A stretch of DNA of 63,973 bases, filler included. It is 9 parts of 9 records of this genome, joined end to end, with 100 filler letters (N's around TTAATTAATTAA, not from the genome) between each part and the next. Parts side by side here need not be neighbours in the genome. Positions count along the whole stretch, not along the records: positions 33,976 to 41,538 come from SRR31156797_81993; positions 41,639 to 47,816 come from SRR31156797_82069; positions 47,917 to 52,944 come from SRR31156797_82094; 6 more parts are not named here. One strand, written 5' to 3'. Every line of letters begins with the position of its first letter. The first letter of the stretch is position 1. Shown here piece after piece: positions 40,158 to 50,313 of the stretch. The notes under the pieces were generated by a model. The model was not told where the DNA came from. It worked only from the letters and a program-made list of their open reading frames with translations, and ran no database searches. A program made the translations under genes and the position numbers.

Positions 40158-41064
40158 GGACATACTGGCCGGCCTGTTTACCGGCCGGATTGAATTTGAC
40201 GCCCGGTTGGACAGGCTGACGACTTTCGGCCTGGGCGGCAGGGCGGCCGCGCTGGTGGAGCCGGATAATGTCGAGGAGCTGGCCAGGGTGCTCGATTTTG
40301 TTCGGGAAAAGGATCTGCCGGTGTTCCTGCTTGGCGGAGGAAGTAATGTTTTGTTCAAGGACAGCGGCTTCCGGGGCGTGGTTATCAGGCTGGGTGAAAG
40401 CTTCAAATATCTGAATGTTGACGATTCGGACAGGGAAGACGTTTTTATCGAGGCCGGCGCGGCTGTTTCGACTCAAGAGCTGGTTTTAATGACCCGAAAC
40501 CGCGGTTATGAGGGCCTGGAATTTTTGATCGGGATTCCGGGGCGCATCGGAGGGGCCTTGTTCATGAATGCGGGCGCCATGGGCGGCTGGATTTGCGACA
40601 AGGTTCAAGAGATTGAAGTCATGGACAGGTTGGGAAGGACTATTAGCATCCAGGGAGATTCTCTTAAGGCTTCCTATCGCAAGTTGGATTTGCCCGAAGG
40701 CGTGGTGATTTTGAAAGCCGTTTTCAAATTGAAAAAAGCTTCCCCTGAAGAGGTTAACTCGCGTGCTCTTTGCTACAAGGCCAAAAGAACATCTTCCCAA
40801 CCCCAGGGCGTGCGAACCGCCGGCTGCATTTTTCGGAATCCGGAAGGGGACGCGGCAGGGCGTTTAATTGACCGGGCCGGTTTGAAGGGCCTGTGCGAGG
40901 GCGGGGCCTGGGTGGCCGAGGAACATGCCAATTTTATAGTTCACAAAGGCGGCGCGACAGCGGCCCAGGTATTGGAGCTGATCGAAAAGGTCAGGGCGAC
41001 CGTCAGGGAAAAATTCAAGGTCGATCTTGAGCCGGAAATTAAAATAGTGGGAACCGACGAATGA
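40141..41064 (+). CDS. murB: UDP-N-acetylenolpyruvoylglucosamine reductase
   Basis: [15 protein letters not shown]...[22 protein letters not shown]. Confidence 0.95.
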   Translation: MKSEHRDILAGLFTGRIEFDARLDRLTTFGLGGRAAALVEPDNVEELARVLDFVREKDLPVFLLGGGSNVLFKDSGFRGVVIRLGESFKYLNVDDSDREDVFIEAGAAVSTQELVLMTRNRGYEGLEFLIGIPGRIGGALFMNAGAMGGWICDKVQEIEVMDRLGRTISIQGDSLKASYRKLDLPEGVVILKAVFKLKKASPEEVNSRALCYKAKRTSSQPQGVRTAGCIFRNPEGDAAGRLIDRAGLKGLCEGGAWVAEEHANFIVHKGGATAAQVLELIEKVRATVREKFKVDLEPEIKIVGTDE

Positions 41065-41538
41065 AGGCAAGCAGATTAAATAAAAAAGCCCCTAAAAGAC
41101 CGGTTTCCAAGCCGGCGAAGAATCGAGTAAACCGTTACCGGGGCAACAGGTCCAAAAGCAGCAGGACCAAAAGTCGCACCAGTATTTTTCCGGCAGTATT
41201 CGGGGCGATGTGGAGAACGACAAAGGTTCTTTTCAGCGGAGTTTTCGTTCTGGCGTCATTGTCCGTGTTATCCCTGGGTTTGATTCTGGGATATCACTAC
41301 ATATTGAACGCGGAATACTTCCTGGTCCGCAAAGTTGTTCTGGGCGGAATCGAAAGGGTTTCACGTGAGACAGTGCTTAATACGACCGGTCTGAACAGGC
41401 CGACTAATATTATAGGGCTCAGGCTGGACAAAATGGGCGCCGGGCTACGTGCTCTACCATGGGTTGAAGAAGCCAAACTGACCAGGAAGCTGCCGGATAC
41501 GATAATTATCACTATCAAGGAAAGGAAACCCCGCGCGC
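41061..41538 (+). CDS. ftsQ: Cell division protein FtsQ, 3'-truncated
   Basis: Basic N-terminus, single TM, POTRA-like LPWVEEA.L.RKLPDT..I.IKER.P. Confidence 0.85.
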
Positions 41539-41639
41539 NNNNNNNNNNNNNNNNNNNNNNNNNNNNNNNNNNNNNNNNNNNNTTAATTAATTAANNNNNN
41601 NNNNNNNNNNNNNNNNNNNNNNNNNNNNNNNNNNNNNNC

Positions 41640-43286
41640 GGGCAGCAGAAACCCAAGCCTGAAAACCTGAGGACCAAGTCCGACCTGGAAAAACTGAATT
41701 ACGGCATGCTGACCTCGGACGAGCATTCCCAGATACTGCGTTTTTTCCAGAGAGCAGAACAAAAAGGCGCGGACAATTCCGTGCTTATCGCCCTGGTGGA
41801 TACATACGGGGCTGACATATCAATGGAATCGGCCCGGAAATTCCAGGCCTTTTTTATCGCTCAACTTTTGAAGAAATTTCTCAACCTGCCCATGCCGTCC
41901 ATTTCAATCGTCCTGGGCGAAGGCGGCAGCGGCGGCGCCCTGGCTATCCAGTACACGGATCGCCGGGCCCAGTTGGACGACGCCATATATGCGACCGCTC
42001 CGCCGGAAAGCATGGCCGCGATCATTTTTCGCGATCCGAAAAAAATCGGCGAAGCGTTGACCATATTGAAGCCCACGGCCCAGGATTTATCGGAACTGGG
42101 AGTGATAGACACAATAATACCCTCGCCCAAAAACGTGGCCGATGTGGAAGGCTTTTCCAGGCCGATCGCATCGTATTTGGAACGTTCCATTAAAGAGCTT
42201 TCCAAGATAAAAATGCCGCGCCTTTTGGAAGAAAGACGCTCCCGCGCCGGGGCCTTCGGCCTGCCCCAGCAAAAAAGAAGAAAGTTCACGGCCTTTCTGC
42301 ATAAAACTCCACTGGTGAAAAAAACCAGGGAAGAAGCGCCGCCGGACATGAAAATATTCACTTACGACGATAACGTGCTCCAGGTAAGGTATGACTATGG
42401 CGACGGCCTGCCCGCATCAGGCCCCAAGGAATATGTGAAATGCGGAGACACAAGCGCCAAGGGAGGCCAGGAAGAAGGATGCGGAGAAATTATCCCGCTG
42501 CAGGAGTACCTGGATAATTACAACACCTGCCCCAAATGCGGCCGGACCAGGGTGTTGGGCGCCCTGGGTTGGATTAACTGCCTGACCGATCGGGACACCT
42601 TTCATGAATTATACCGGGACCTGACCGTGGAAGAACTGCTGCACGGATCGATCCTGACGCCGGAATACAGAAAATTCGTGGCCCAGCAAGCCCGGCGGAC
42701 CCATTTCAAGGAATCCCTGGTTACCGGCGAAGCCCGGGTGTTCGGCCACAGGGTTATTTTGGCCGTTTGTGAATTCTACTTTTCCGGCGGATCCATGGGC
42801 GTGGTATTTGGCGAAAAATTCAATCGGGCCGTCGACTACGCCATTGAAAAACGCCTGCCCCTGGTCAGCGTTTGCTGTTCGGGCGGCGCCCGCCTTTACG
42901 AAGGCACCCTGGCCCTGATGCAAATGATCAAGACAGTGGCCGCGGTCGAACACCTCAAAGACAACGGCTTGCCGTACATTTCCATTTTGGGCGACCCGGC
43001 CACGGGCGGCGCCATTGCCAGTTATGCGGCCCTGGGAGATATAATCTTATCCGAACCCGAAGCCCTGGTCATTTTTTCAGGCCCCCGGGTTATGAAATCC
43101 CGGGGCTTCGAAGTCGACGAGGACGCCATAAGAGCATCTTCCCTGCACAGATTGTCCGGCGAAATTTTCGACCACTTGAATTATTACCAGGATATAAGGG
43201 GCATCCACGAAGTGGCCCATCGTAAGGAAATGAAGCGCGCCATCTATAAGTATTTGGATTTTTACAACAAATCGACAGGCAAATAA
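41640..43286 (+). CDS. Acyl-CoA carboxylase carboxyltransferase, AccA-AccD fusion, 5'-truncated
   Basis: N-half AccA-like (VDTYGA, GEGGSGGALA, PE..AAI); C-half AccD-like (C..C..CPKC zinc finger, GGSMG, SGGAR..EG...LMQM, P.TGG..AS). Confidence 0.88.
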   Translation, partial: GQQKPKPENLRTKSDLEKLNYGMLTSDEHSQILRFFQRAEQKGADNSVLIALVDTYGADISMESARKFQAFFIAQLLKKFLNLPMPSISIVLGEGGSGGALAIQYTDRRAQLDDAIYATAPPESMAAIIFRDPKKIGEALTILKPTAQDLSELGVIDTIIPSPKNVADVEGFSRPIASYLERSIKELSKIKMPRLLEERRSRAGAFGLPQQKRRKFTAFLHKTPLVKKTREEAPPDMKIFTYDDNVLQVRYDYGDGLPASGPKEYVKCGDTSAKGGQEEGCGEIIPLQEYLDNYNTCPKCGRTRVLGALGWINCLTDRDTFHELYRDLTVEELLHGSILTPEYRKFVAQQARRTHFKESLVTGEARVFGHRVILAVCEFYFSGGSMGVVFGEKFNRAVDYAIEKRLPLVSVCCSGGARLYEGTLALMQMIKTVAAVEHLKDNGLPYISILGDPATGGAIASYAALGDIILSEPEALVIFSGPRVMKSRGFEVDEDAIRASSLHRLSGEIFDHLNYYQDIRGIHEVAHRKEMKRAIYKYLDFYNKSTGK

Positions 43287-43335
43287 TATTGGTCATGGCG
43301 GGTTGGGATTTTCAATTCCGGCCCGCCGGCCTTAA

Positions 43336-43902
43336 TCACATTTCTTCACTGTATATCCGGTAAAAATACTGAACAACCTTTATATATCGTCTGGTTTCCG
43401 CGGGCAACCTTCTCCGGCCCACGTACTTGGGTCCGGCATTATAAGCGATCAATGTTTTCCTGACCGTTCCATAACGGTCCAGATATTCGCTAAGCAGCCT
43501 GGACCCTCCAAAAATATTATCCCGCGGGTTGAAAGGATCGTCCACGCCCAGATCGGCCGCGGTTTCAGGCATCAACTGCATTAGTCCCATGGCGCCGGCC
43601 CGTGAAACAGCATCCGGATCAAAAGCGGATTCAGTCATGATCACCGCTTTTATAAAAGCGGGATCCACTCCCCACATGGCCGAAGCCTGTTTTATTATTT
43701 CGTTGTAACTCTGCGGGGACCTGACCTTGACGGATATAAGCGCCCCCTTGCCTTCTCCGCCCCGCAACCAGGTTTCGATCCGTCTCAAATCCCTTTTTAC
43801 CACGCGAATGGTTGCTTCCCGCACCGAATCCATTTGGGGAATAAGGATTGAAATGATGACGGTGAATAAAACCGTTTTTATGAGAAGGGAAAGCAGCCTC
43901 AT
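43336..43902 (-). CDS. Lytic transglycosylase (SLT domain)
   Basis: AVIMTESAF, AVSRAGAMGLMQLMPETA, AYNAG, ETRRY. Confidence 0.92.
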   Translation of the reverse strand: MRLLSLLIKTVLFTVIISILIPQMDSVREATIRVVKRDLRRIETWLRGGEGKGALISVKVRSPQSYNEIIKQASAMWGVDPAFIKAVIMTESAFDPDAVSRAGAMGLMQLMPETAADLGVDDPFNPRDNIFGGSRLLSEYLDRYGTVRKTLIAYNAGPKYVGRRRLPAETRRYIKVVQYFYRIYSEEM

Positions 43903-44114
43903 CCGGAAAACCCGACTTGTTATACATAGTTACAAAAACAGGGTTCGGGCGCCGGCCGTGAGTATCAATGTATTGGAAGAAGACTTGTTTTTACCCCGTT
44001 CATTAATCAATATCTTTTAAGAAACACTTCCCGCACCCGGCCGCGAATTTCGATTAAATACCATCATTAATAATATATACCGCAATTAAATTTCCATCTC
44101 ATTGTAGAAGCGGG

Positions 44115-45047
44115 TCACCTTAGAAAACCCGCCGCCTCTTCCAGAATTTGAATCCCTTGTTCGGGAGACCGCCAAAACACCTCGGGCTGTTTTCTGAACC
44201 AGGTCAACTGCCGTTTGGCAAACCGCCTGGTCTGCTTCATTATTTCCTGTTTTGCCTGGTCCCGGTCCAGGCGCCCGCCTATATGGGCGACGACTTCCTT
44301 GTATCCGATGGCTTTAAGCGGCTTCAATTCGGGTGAATATCCCTTGTCCAGCAGATCGCGTACTTCTTCCGCCCAACCAAGGTCAAACATTTCATGCGTG
44401 CGTAATTCTATGCGCTCGTATAGTTGTTCACGGGGCAGGTTAAGGCAATAAAACAGGACCTCATAGGGATTGTCGGCCAGTCCGTGTTCGGACTGGAAGC
44501 TTGAAATGGGCCGTCCGGTCAGTTCATATACTTCCAGGGCCCGGACAATGCGAACCAGGTCGTTGGGATGCAGCCGAGCCGCTGTTTCCGGGTCCAGACG
44601 GGCCAGCTTATCATGCATGGCCGGGCGGCCTCTTTCAGCGGCTTCGGCCTTTATCGCGGCCCTGATTTCCGGGTCCCGGCCGGGACCGTCAAAAAGCCCC
44701 TGCAGCAGGCTTCTTAAATACAAGCCGGCGCCGCCAACGACCAAAACCGGTGTCCCTTTATCGTCGAGCGACTCAATTATGGGTCTGGCCAACCTCAAAT
44801 ATGCTGCTGCGTCAAAATCTTCATCCGGTTCCACAAAATCCACCAGATGATGTTTGGCCCGGGCCCGTTCTTCGTAAGTGGGCTTGGCCGTACCGATGTC
44901 CATATATTTGTATATCTGCATGGAATCGCAGTTTATTATTTCCGCCCCGAAACGTTCGGCCAGTTCCAGGGACAGGCCGGTCTTGCCCACGCCGGTGGGG
45001 CCGGAAAGGACAATCAGCCTTGGTTTTTCTTTTTCCGCAAAGACCAT
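44115..45047 (-). CDS. miaA: tRNA dimethylallyltransferase
   Basis: GPTGVGKT, DSMQIY..MDIGTAKP, RIVRALEV, AIGYKE, AKRQLTW. Confidence 0.96.
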   Translation of the reverse strand: MVFAEKEKPRLIVLSGPTGVGKTGLSLELAERFGAEIINCDSMQIYKYMDIGTAKPTYEERARAKHHLVDFVEPDEDFDAAAYLRLARPIIESLDDKGTPVLVVGGAGLYLRSLLQGLFDGPGRDPEIRAAIKAEAAERGRPAMHDKLARLDPETAARLHPNDLVRIVRALEVYELTGRPISSFQSEHGLADNPYEVLFYCLNLPREQLYERIELRTHEMFDLGWAEEVRDLLDKGYSPELKPLKAIGYKEVVAHIGGRLDRDQAKQEIMKQTRRFAKRQLTWFRKQPEVFWRSPEQGIQILEEAAGFLR

Positions 45048-46856
45048 TCAGATCCGTTTGAACCTTTTTTCTATTTCCCTGCGCGGCATGCTGAAAATGA
45101 GGGGCCGTCCATGGGGGCAGTTTGTGGGGACCGTGCACTTGTTAAGGTCGGATAAAAGTCTGTCCATTTCTCCCAGGGTCATTTCATCACCGGCCTTGAC
45201 CGCGGCATGACAGGCTAAAGAAGAAAGCAGGGCTTCTTCAAAACGGGCCAGGCCGGCTTCGGCGCCCGGGCCTGATTCACCGGCCTGTTCGATTATGGCC
45301 ATGACCTTGCGCACGACATCCTTGCCTGCCAGCACCCCGGGCACGGCCCGCAACATGAAAGTATGTCCGCCAAAAGAAGTCAGTTCAAAACCGAACCTGG
45401 CGTATTCGTTCAGAACTTTGGACAAAGCATCAGCCTGGGTCGGAGTAAGTTCCAGGGTTTCAGGGATCAGGAGTCCCTGGGCCGCAAGGCTTCCGCGACT
45501 AAGTTCTTCCTGCATTTTTTCATATAAAATGCGCTCATGGGCCGCATGCTGGTCAATGATGTACAGACCGTCCGGCCCCTGGGCCAGGATATAAGACCTG
45601 AAAATCTGGCCAATGGGTTTAAGGTCGCGGCTGTCGACTTCAGGCCCTGATTCGACAACATCGACAAATTCAGTATCTTCGGCCGATTCTCCCGCATCCA
45701 TCGGAGTCCAGGGAGGGCTCCACCGTTCAGGCTCCCCTGGAAAAGGCTCCGGATTCGAGCGCGCGCTGTCCGCCCAGTCAAAAGATTGGGCGGCGCCCTC
45801 GCTGATAGCGGTTTGCGGGCCGTACCCGGTATTTTCATAAGGCCGGGATCGAATGGGCACAGGGCGGAGGTTCCGGCTCAGGGAGCCCGAAATCGCATTG
45901 ACCAGGGCGCCGTGGACTTCTCCCGGGCGGCGGAACCGGACTTCGGTTTTGGCGGGGTGCACGTTTACATCAACAAGTTCCGGATCCAGGTCGACAAATA
46001 ATACCGCGGCCGGGTACCGACCTCCGGCCAGCCTGCCCCGGTATGATTCCAGGACAGCCCTGGTGAGCAGCCGGTCCTTGACCGGTCTTCCGTTAACATA
46101 AAGGTATAATGACGTATTTCGGGCGCGATCCATATCCGGGCGTCCAAGAAAACCGGAGACGCCGATTTCTCCGGCCTGTTCTTCAAACTGGAACATGCCC
46201 CTGGCCGTGTCGCGGCCCAAAACCCTGGACAGGCGCGTCCGGTCGTCTTCCCTTGGGCTGATGGAAAGAAGCTCCTGGCCGTTATGCCTGTATATGAGCC
46301 TTAATTTCCGGCCGCCCAGAGCATAACGCTGCACGGCTTCCAGAAGGTGGGCCGCTTCGGTTTGAATGCTTTTAAGAAATTTTCTTCTGGCCGGAACATT
46401 GAAAAAAAGATCCCTGATTTCCACGGTCACGCCCCGGTCCCGGCCGACTTCATCCACGGACATGACCTTGCCGCCGGACATCCTCAGCCTCCGACCTCGA
46501 CCGTCTTCCCCGGCAGCCGCGGTAATGGTCATTCGCGACACCGCCCCAATGCTGGGCAGGGCCTCGCCGCGAAACCCCAGGGTGTCAATTTTGAGCAGAT
46601 CGGTTTCCTCGCTCAATTTGCTGGTGGCGTGCCTTTCCACGGCTAAAAGCAGATCGTCGGAATCCATGCCGCGGCCGTTATCCGCCACTGAAACCAGACG
46701 ACGCCCGCCGGCCTCGGCTTCGATCTCAATCCTTTCGGAACCGGCGTCCAGGCTGTTTTCGACCAGCTCCTTAAGTACGGCCGCTGGCCGCTCCACGACC
46801 TCGCCCGCGGCAATCCGGTTTATAAGCTGGTCGGATAGCAGTCTGATTGAGGACAC
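45048..46856 (-). CDS. mutL: DNA mismatch repair endonuclease MutL
   Basis: IAAGEVVERP, GFRGEAL, DVNVHPAK, DQHAAHERILYE, CPHGRP. Confidence 0.97.
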   Translation of the reverse strand: MSSIRLLSDQLINRIAAGEVVERPAAVLKELVENSLDAGSERIEIEAEAGGRRLVSVADNGRGMDSDDLLLAVERHATSKLSEETDLLKIDTLGFRGEALPSIGAVSRMTITAAAGEDGRGRRLRMSGGKVMSVDEVGRDRGVTVEIRDLFFNVPARRKFLKSIQTEAAHLLEAVQRYALGGRKLRLIYRHNGQELLSISPREDDRTRLSRVLGRDTARGMFQFEEQAGEIGVSGFLGRPDMDRARNTSLYLYVNGRPVKDRLLTRAVLESYRGRLAGGRYPAAVLFVDLDPELVDVNVHPAKTEVRFRRPGEVHGALVNAISGSLSRNLRPVPIRSRPYENTGYGPQTAISEGAAQSFDWADSARSNPEPFPGEPERWSPPWTPMDAGESAEDTEFVDVVESGPEVDSRDLKPIGQIFRSYILAQGPDGLYIIDQHAAHERILYEKMQEELSRGSLAAQGLLIPETLELTPTQADALSKVLNEYARFGFELTSFGGHTFMLRAVPGVLAGKDVVRKVMAIIEQAGESGPGAEAGLARFEEALLSSLACHAAVKAGDEMTLGEMDRLLSDLNKCTVPTNCPHGRPLIFSMPRREIEKRFKRI

Positions 46857-46859
46857 TTT

Positions 46860-47618
46860 TTAATCGTCGCCTCCGATAATGTCGCCGACAATCCCGCTAA
46901 TACCTCCGCCGCGCTTGGTTTCACCCTGGGATCCGCCGGCCGCGCCCATAACCCGGTTGGCCAGCCTGGAAAACGGCAGAGTTTGCAGCCACACCTTGCC
47001 CGGCCCGGACAGCTTGGCCATAAAAAGTCCTTCGCCTCCGAATAGGGCGCTTTTTACGCCCTTGACCATTGAAATGTCGTAATCGACCGATTCCTGAAAG
47101 CCGACCAGGCAGCCGGTGTCGACTTTTAAATGTTCTCCGGGGCCAAGCTCCCTTTCCATGACCGTGCCGCCGGCATGAATAAAGGCCAGGCCTTCATTGG
47201 CCACGAGTTTTTGAAGAATGAATCCTTCGCCCCCGAAAAAGCCGGCCCCCAGTTTCTTGGTAAAGGCCACTTCGATTTCAATCCCGTGGGCAGAACAAAG
47301 GTAGGAATCCCTTTGGCAAAGCACGGGACCTAATTGCGCGAGATCCACAGGCACGATGTGACCGGGGTAAGGAGCGGAAAAAGCCACCTCGGCCCGATCC
47401 GCCTTGCAGGTATATGTGGTGATAAAGAAGCTTTCACCCGCGATTTTGCGCTTCAATCCCTTGAGCAATCCGCCGCCGGTTGACGTTTCCATTTCCACGC
47501 CGGCGTCCATGTACATCATGGCCCCGGCCTCCGCGCGGACCGTTTCATCGCGGTCAAGAATTATGACCACGGCCTGCATGTCGTTTCCTATTATCCTGTA
47601 TTCTACTTCGTGAACCAT
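46860..47618 (-). CDS. TIGR00266/AIM24 family protein
   Basis: AEAGAM, GESFF, GFFGGEGFILQK, VDTGC, LSGPGKVWLQTLP. Confidence 0.88.
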   Translation of the reverse strand: MVHEVEYRIIGNDMQAVVIILDRDETVRAEAGAMMYMDAGVEMETSTGGGLLKGLKRKIAGESFFITTYTCKADRAEVAFSAPYPGHIVPVDLAQLGPVLCQRDSYLCSAHGIEIEVAFTKKLGAGFFGGEGFILQKLVANEGLAFIHAGGTVMERELGPGEHLKVDTGCLVGFQESVDYDISMVKGVKSALFGGEGLFMAKLSGPGKVWLQTLPFSRLANRVMGAAGGSQGETKRGGGISGIVGDIIGGDD

Positions 47619-47916
47619 TTTAAACCCCTCCGGACCTGTTAAATCTTTGTTATTAGTTTTAATGGCAAAGCGTAAATATTCTCCCCTCAAACCCCTGGAA
47701 AATATATCACAAGGTCCGGGGCTTGCCAACATGACTTGTCAGGCTTTATACTGGGTTTCGCAGGGAGGGCTTTCCGGGTTCTTTCTGACCGGGGAAAGGA
47801 TTCGAGCGCGCCCAAGNNNNNNNNNNNNNNNNNNNNNNNNNNNNNNNNNNNNNNNNNNNNTTAATTAATTAANNNNNNNNNNNNNNNNNNNNNNNNNNNN
47901 NNNNNNNNNNNNNNNN

Positions 47917-48708
47917 GTCAAGGCCCGTGAGCTCTTCAAGGCGGTCTATGGTTGTCAGATAGTCGTTATAATCGTCCTGCGCCTTGGGCAGGATGTTGGG
48001 CATAAGGAAGGCAAGGGTCTCCACCGTGTCGACGGGATCCTCCCGGACGACGATTTTAAAGAGAGCGTCGGGAACGGCCACCCTCATTTCGTCGTCCTGT
48101 CCCAGCCAGAGGGAAGGGGTGCGATTGAAGAAAACCGGTCCGGTGATAATCCAGATCCTGCCGTAGGCATCGGCCCAGTCGTTGCACTCTCCTTCCAGAC
48201 TCTTCCATATTCCGTTGTTCTGCCACTGGAGCTGGGGGACGGCGTTGATGAGGATGTGGGTGTTGTAGGCGGCGTCGGCACTAATCCTCTCGGCGGTATC
48301 CTTGGGGCAGAGGTGGCCCCGGACAAATCGGTAATCGGTTTTGACCTCTTTTAAGTCCCGTGTGCCGCTTACGGCATAGGACGAGTCGTTCGGGGCAACA
48401 CCCATGGAGAAAAAAAGCTCATCGGTCATCCACCGGGGACGGCCATCAAGGTTGTGTTCCTCGGAGACGGCCTTAATTTCATAGGCCACCCACTCGGGTA
48501 TCCCCCAGGCATCGGGCTCTCCGTCTCCGTTGTTATCGTCGGCGGAGTCGAAACTGCCGGTGTAGGCCGCATAGCTGAAGGACAGATCGATCGGGGCCGT
48601 ACCCCAGCGGTCATGTTCGTAGGCTGGATCGAGGACCACAGGCCGGGGAGCCGCTGTGAGGGGCGTGACGGTCAGGCTTAGAATAAACAGGATGAAAACT
48701 TTTCTCAC
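47917..48708 (-). CDS. Exported DNA/RNA non-specific endonuclease, 3'-truncated
   Basis: Signal peptide; RGHLCP, N.VPQ...NNGIWK.LE, VAVP..LFK. Confidence 0.88.
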
Positions 48709-48765
48709 GGGAAGTCTCCTCAGGGGAATGGAATTTGATATAGAATACACCAATAGGGGAGTTAT

Positions 48766-50082
48766 ATGAATAAAGAAACCGCCGCTGCTTTAAGAAAGAG
48801 TACTATCTACAGTGTTTACCTGCGCAACCATACCGGGGAGGGAACCTTTCGTGCCTTTGAGACGGATTTGGATCGGCTTCGTGATTTGGGGACCGATATT
48901 ATCTGGTTTATGCCGATTCACCCCATCGGTGAGGAGAACAGGAAGGGGGTCCTGGGCAGTCCCTACGCGATAAGGGATTTCCGGGCGATTAATCCGGAGT
49001 ATGGAACTCTGGAGGATTTTCAGCATGTCGTGGAAGAGATCCATAAGCGGGGAATGAAGGTGATAATCGATGTGGTTTTCAATCATACCTCCCCGGATTC
49101 GGTGTTGCGGAATGAGCATCCGGAATTTTTCTATAAAAAGCCCGACGGCAGATTCGGAAACCGGGTGGGGGAGTGGTCCGATATCATCGATCTGGACTAT
49201 GGCAACCGGGAACTCTGGAAGGAACAGATCGAAACCCTCGTTTTCTGGACGAACAAGGGGATAGACGGCTTTCGCTGCGATGTAGCCCAGCTGGTGCCGA
49301 TGGAGTTCTGGGCCGAAGCCCGGGCCGCCTGCGCAGAATCCAATCCTCAGATGATCTGGCTTTCCGAGTCGGTGGGGCCTGATTTCCGGGAGGAGCTGGT
49401 GAAGGAGGGCGTTCCCTGTCATACCGATGAGGAGACTTATCAGGTTTTTGATATTCTTTACGACTACGATCTCTATCCCCTCTGGAAGGATTGCGTGGCC
49501 GGCAAGATGCCCATGGAGATCTATTTTACCGGTCTGGAGGAGCAGTGGAAGAAGGAAGAGGGCCGGGGGATAAGGCTCCGGTTCCTGGAGAATCACGATC
49601 TGCCCCGGGCGGCCTCTCTATTCCCCCGGGACGAGTGGCTGGCCAACTGGACGGCCTTCACATTCCTGACTCCCGGGGCATCCCTTCTCTTCACCGGTCA
49701 GGAGACCGGCACTCCTGAACTTCCGTCGCTCTTCGATAAAGATCCTGTGGACTGGTCGGTCCTGGGAAGCAAGGCTGATCTTTCCCCCCTCCTCAAAAGC
49801 CTGACCGTTGTCCGGGGCCGGGAAGAACTTGCTGCTTATGAATTTTCAATGGATTTCTGGTCTGTCCCCGGAGCTGTTCTTGTCCGCTGGGATCGGCCTG
49901 ACCACTACTCCGGTCCCGGAACCTCAAGGTCCCTCCTCGGCCTTTTTAATTTCGAAGGGCGTAAACGCTCCTTCCCCCTCCATGAATCGGGAAGTGCTGT
50001 AAATCTACTCACCGGGGAGACTTATGAGCTGAACGGCCGGCGTTTCCCGCTTGAGGCCGGGCCGGTTGTTCTGGCGGTTTGA
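48766..50082 (+). CDS. GH13 alpha-amylase family glycosyl hydrolase
   Basis: GSPYAI.D, IDVVFNHTS, DGFRCDVA, WLSE, FLENHD. Confidence 0.92.
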   Translation: MNKETAAALRKSTIYSVYLRNHTGEGTFRAFETDLDRLRDLGTDIIWFMPIHPIGEENRKGVLGSPYAIRDFRAINPEYGTLEDFQHVVEEIHKRGMKVIIDVVFNHTSPDSVLRNEHPEFFYKKPDGRFGNRVGEWSDIIDLDYGNRELWKEQIETLVFWTNKGIDGFRCDVAQLVPMEFWAEARAACAESNPQMIWLSESVGPDFREELVKEGVPCHTDEETYQVFDILYDYDLYPLWKDCVAGKMPMEIYFTGLEEQWKKEEGRGIRLRFLENHDLPRAASLFPRDEWLANWTAFTFLTPGASLLFTGQETGTPELPSLFDKDPVDWSVLGSKADLSPLLKSLTVVRGREELAAYEFSMDFWSVPGAVLVRWDRPDHYSGPGTSRSLLGLFNFEGRKRSFPLHESGSAVNLLTGETYELNGRRFPLEAGPVVLAV

Positions 50083-50086
50083 GATT

Positions 50087-50116
50087 GAAAAAAAGAGCGG
50101 CCGTTCAGGGCCGCTC
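50087..50116. terminator. Hairpin after the amylase gene
   Basis: A tract plus GAGCGGCC-GTTCAG-GGCCGCTC. Confidence 0.55.
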
Positions 50117-50313
50117 CGTTGAAATAGAGGAAACGTCTTTCCGGGTCTTTCCGGCACCAGGAGTGTCAGTTTCGGTTCCTTCCGTAAATACGTGTATTTC
50201 CTTAAAAAAGTCGCGAAAGTGTTGCTATTGCTGACAAAAAGGATAAAGATATAGATAGACCTAAAATTCTCTTATATATAAATGTTTCACTTTTAATCGA
50301 TAAGGGGATTTGA

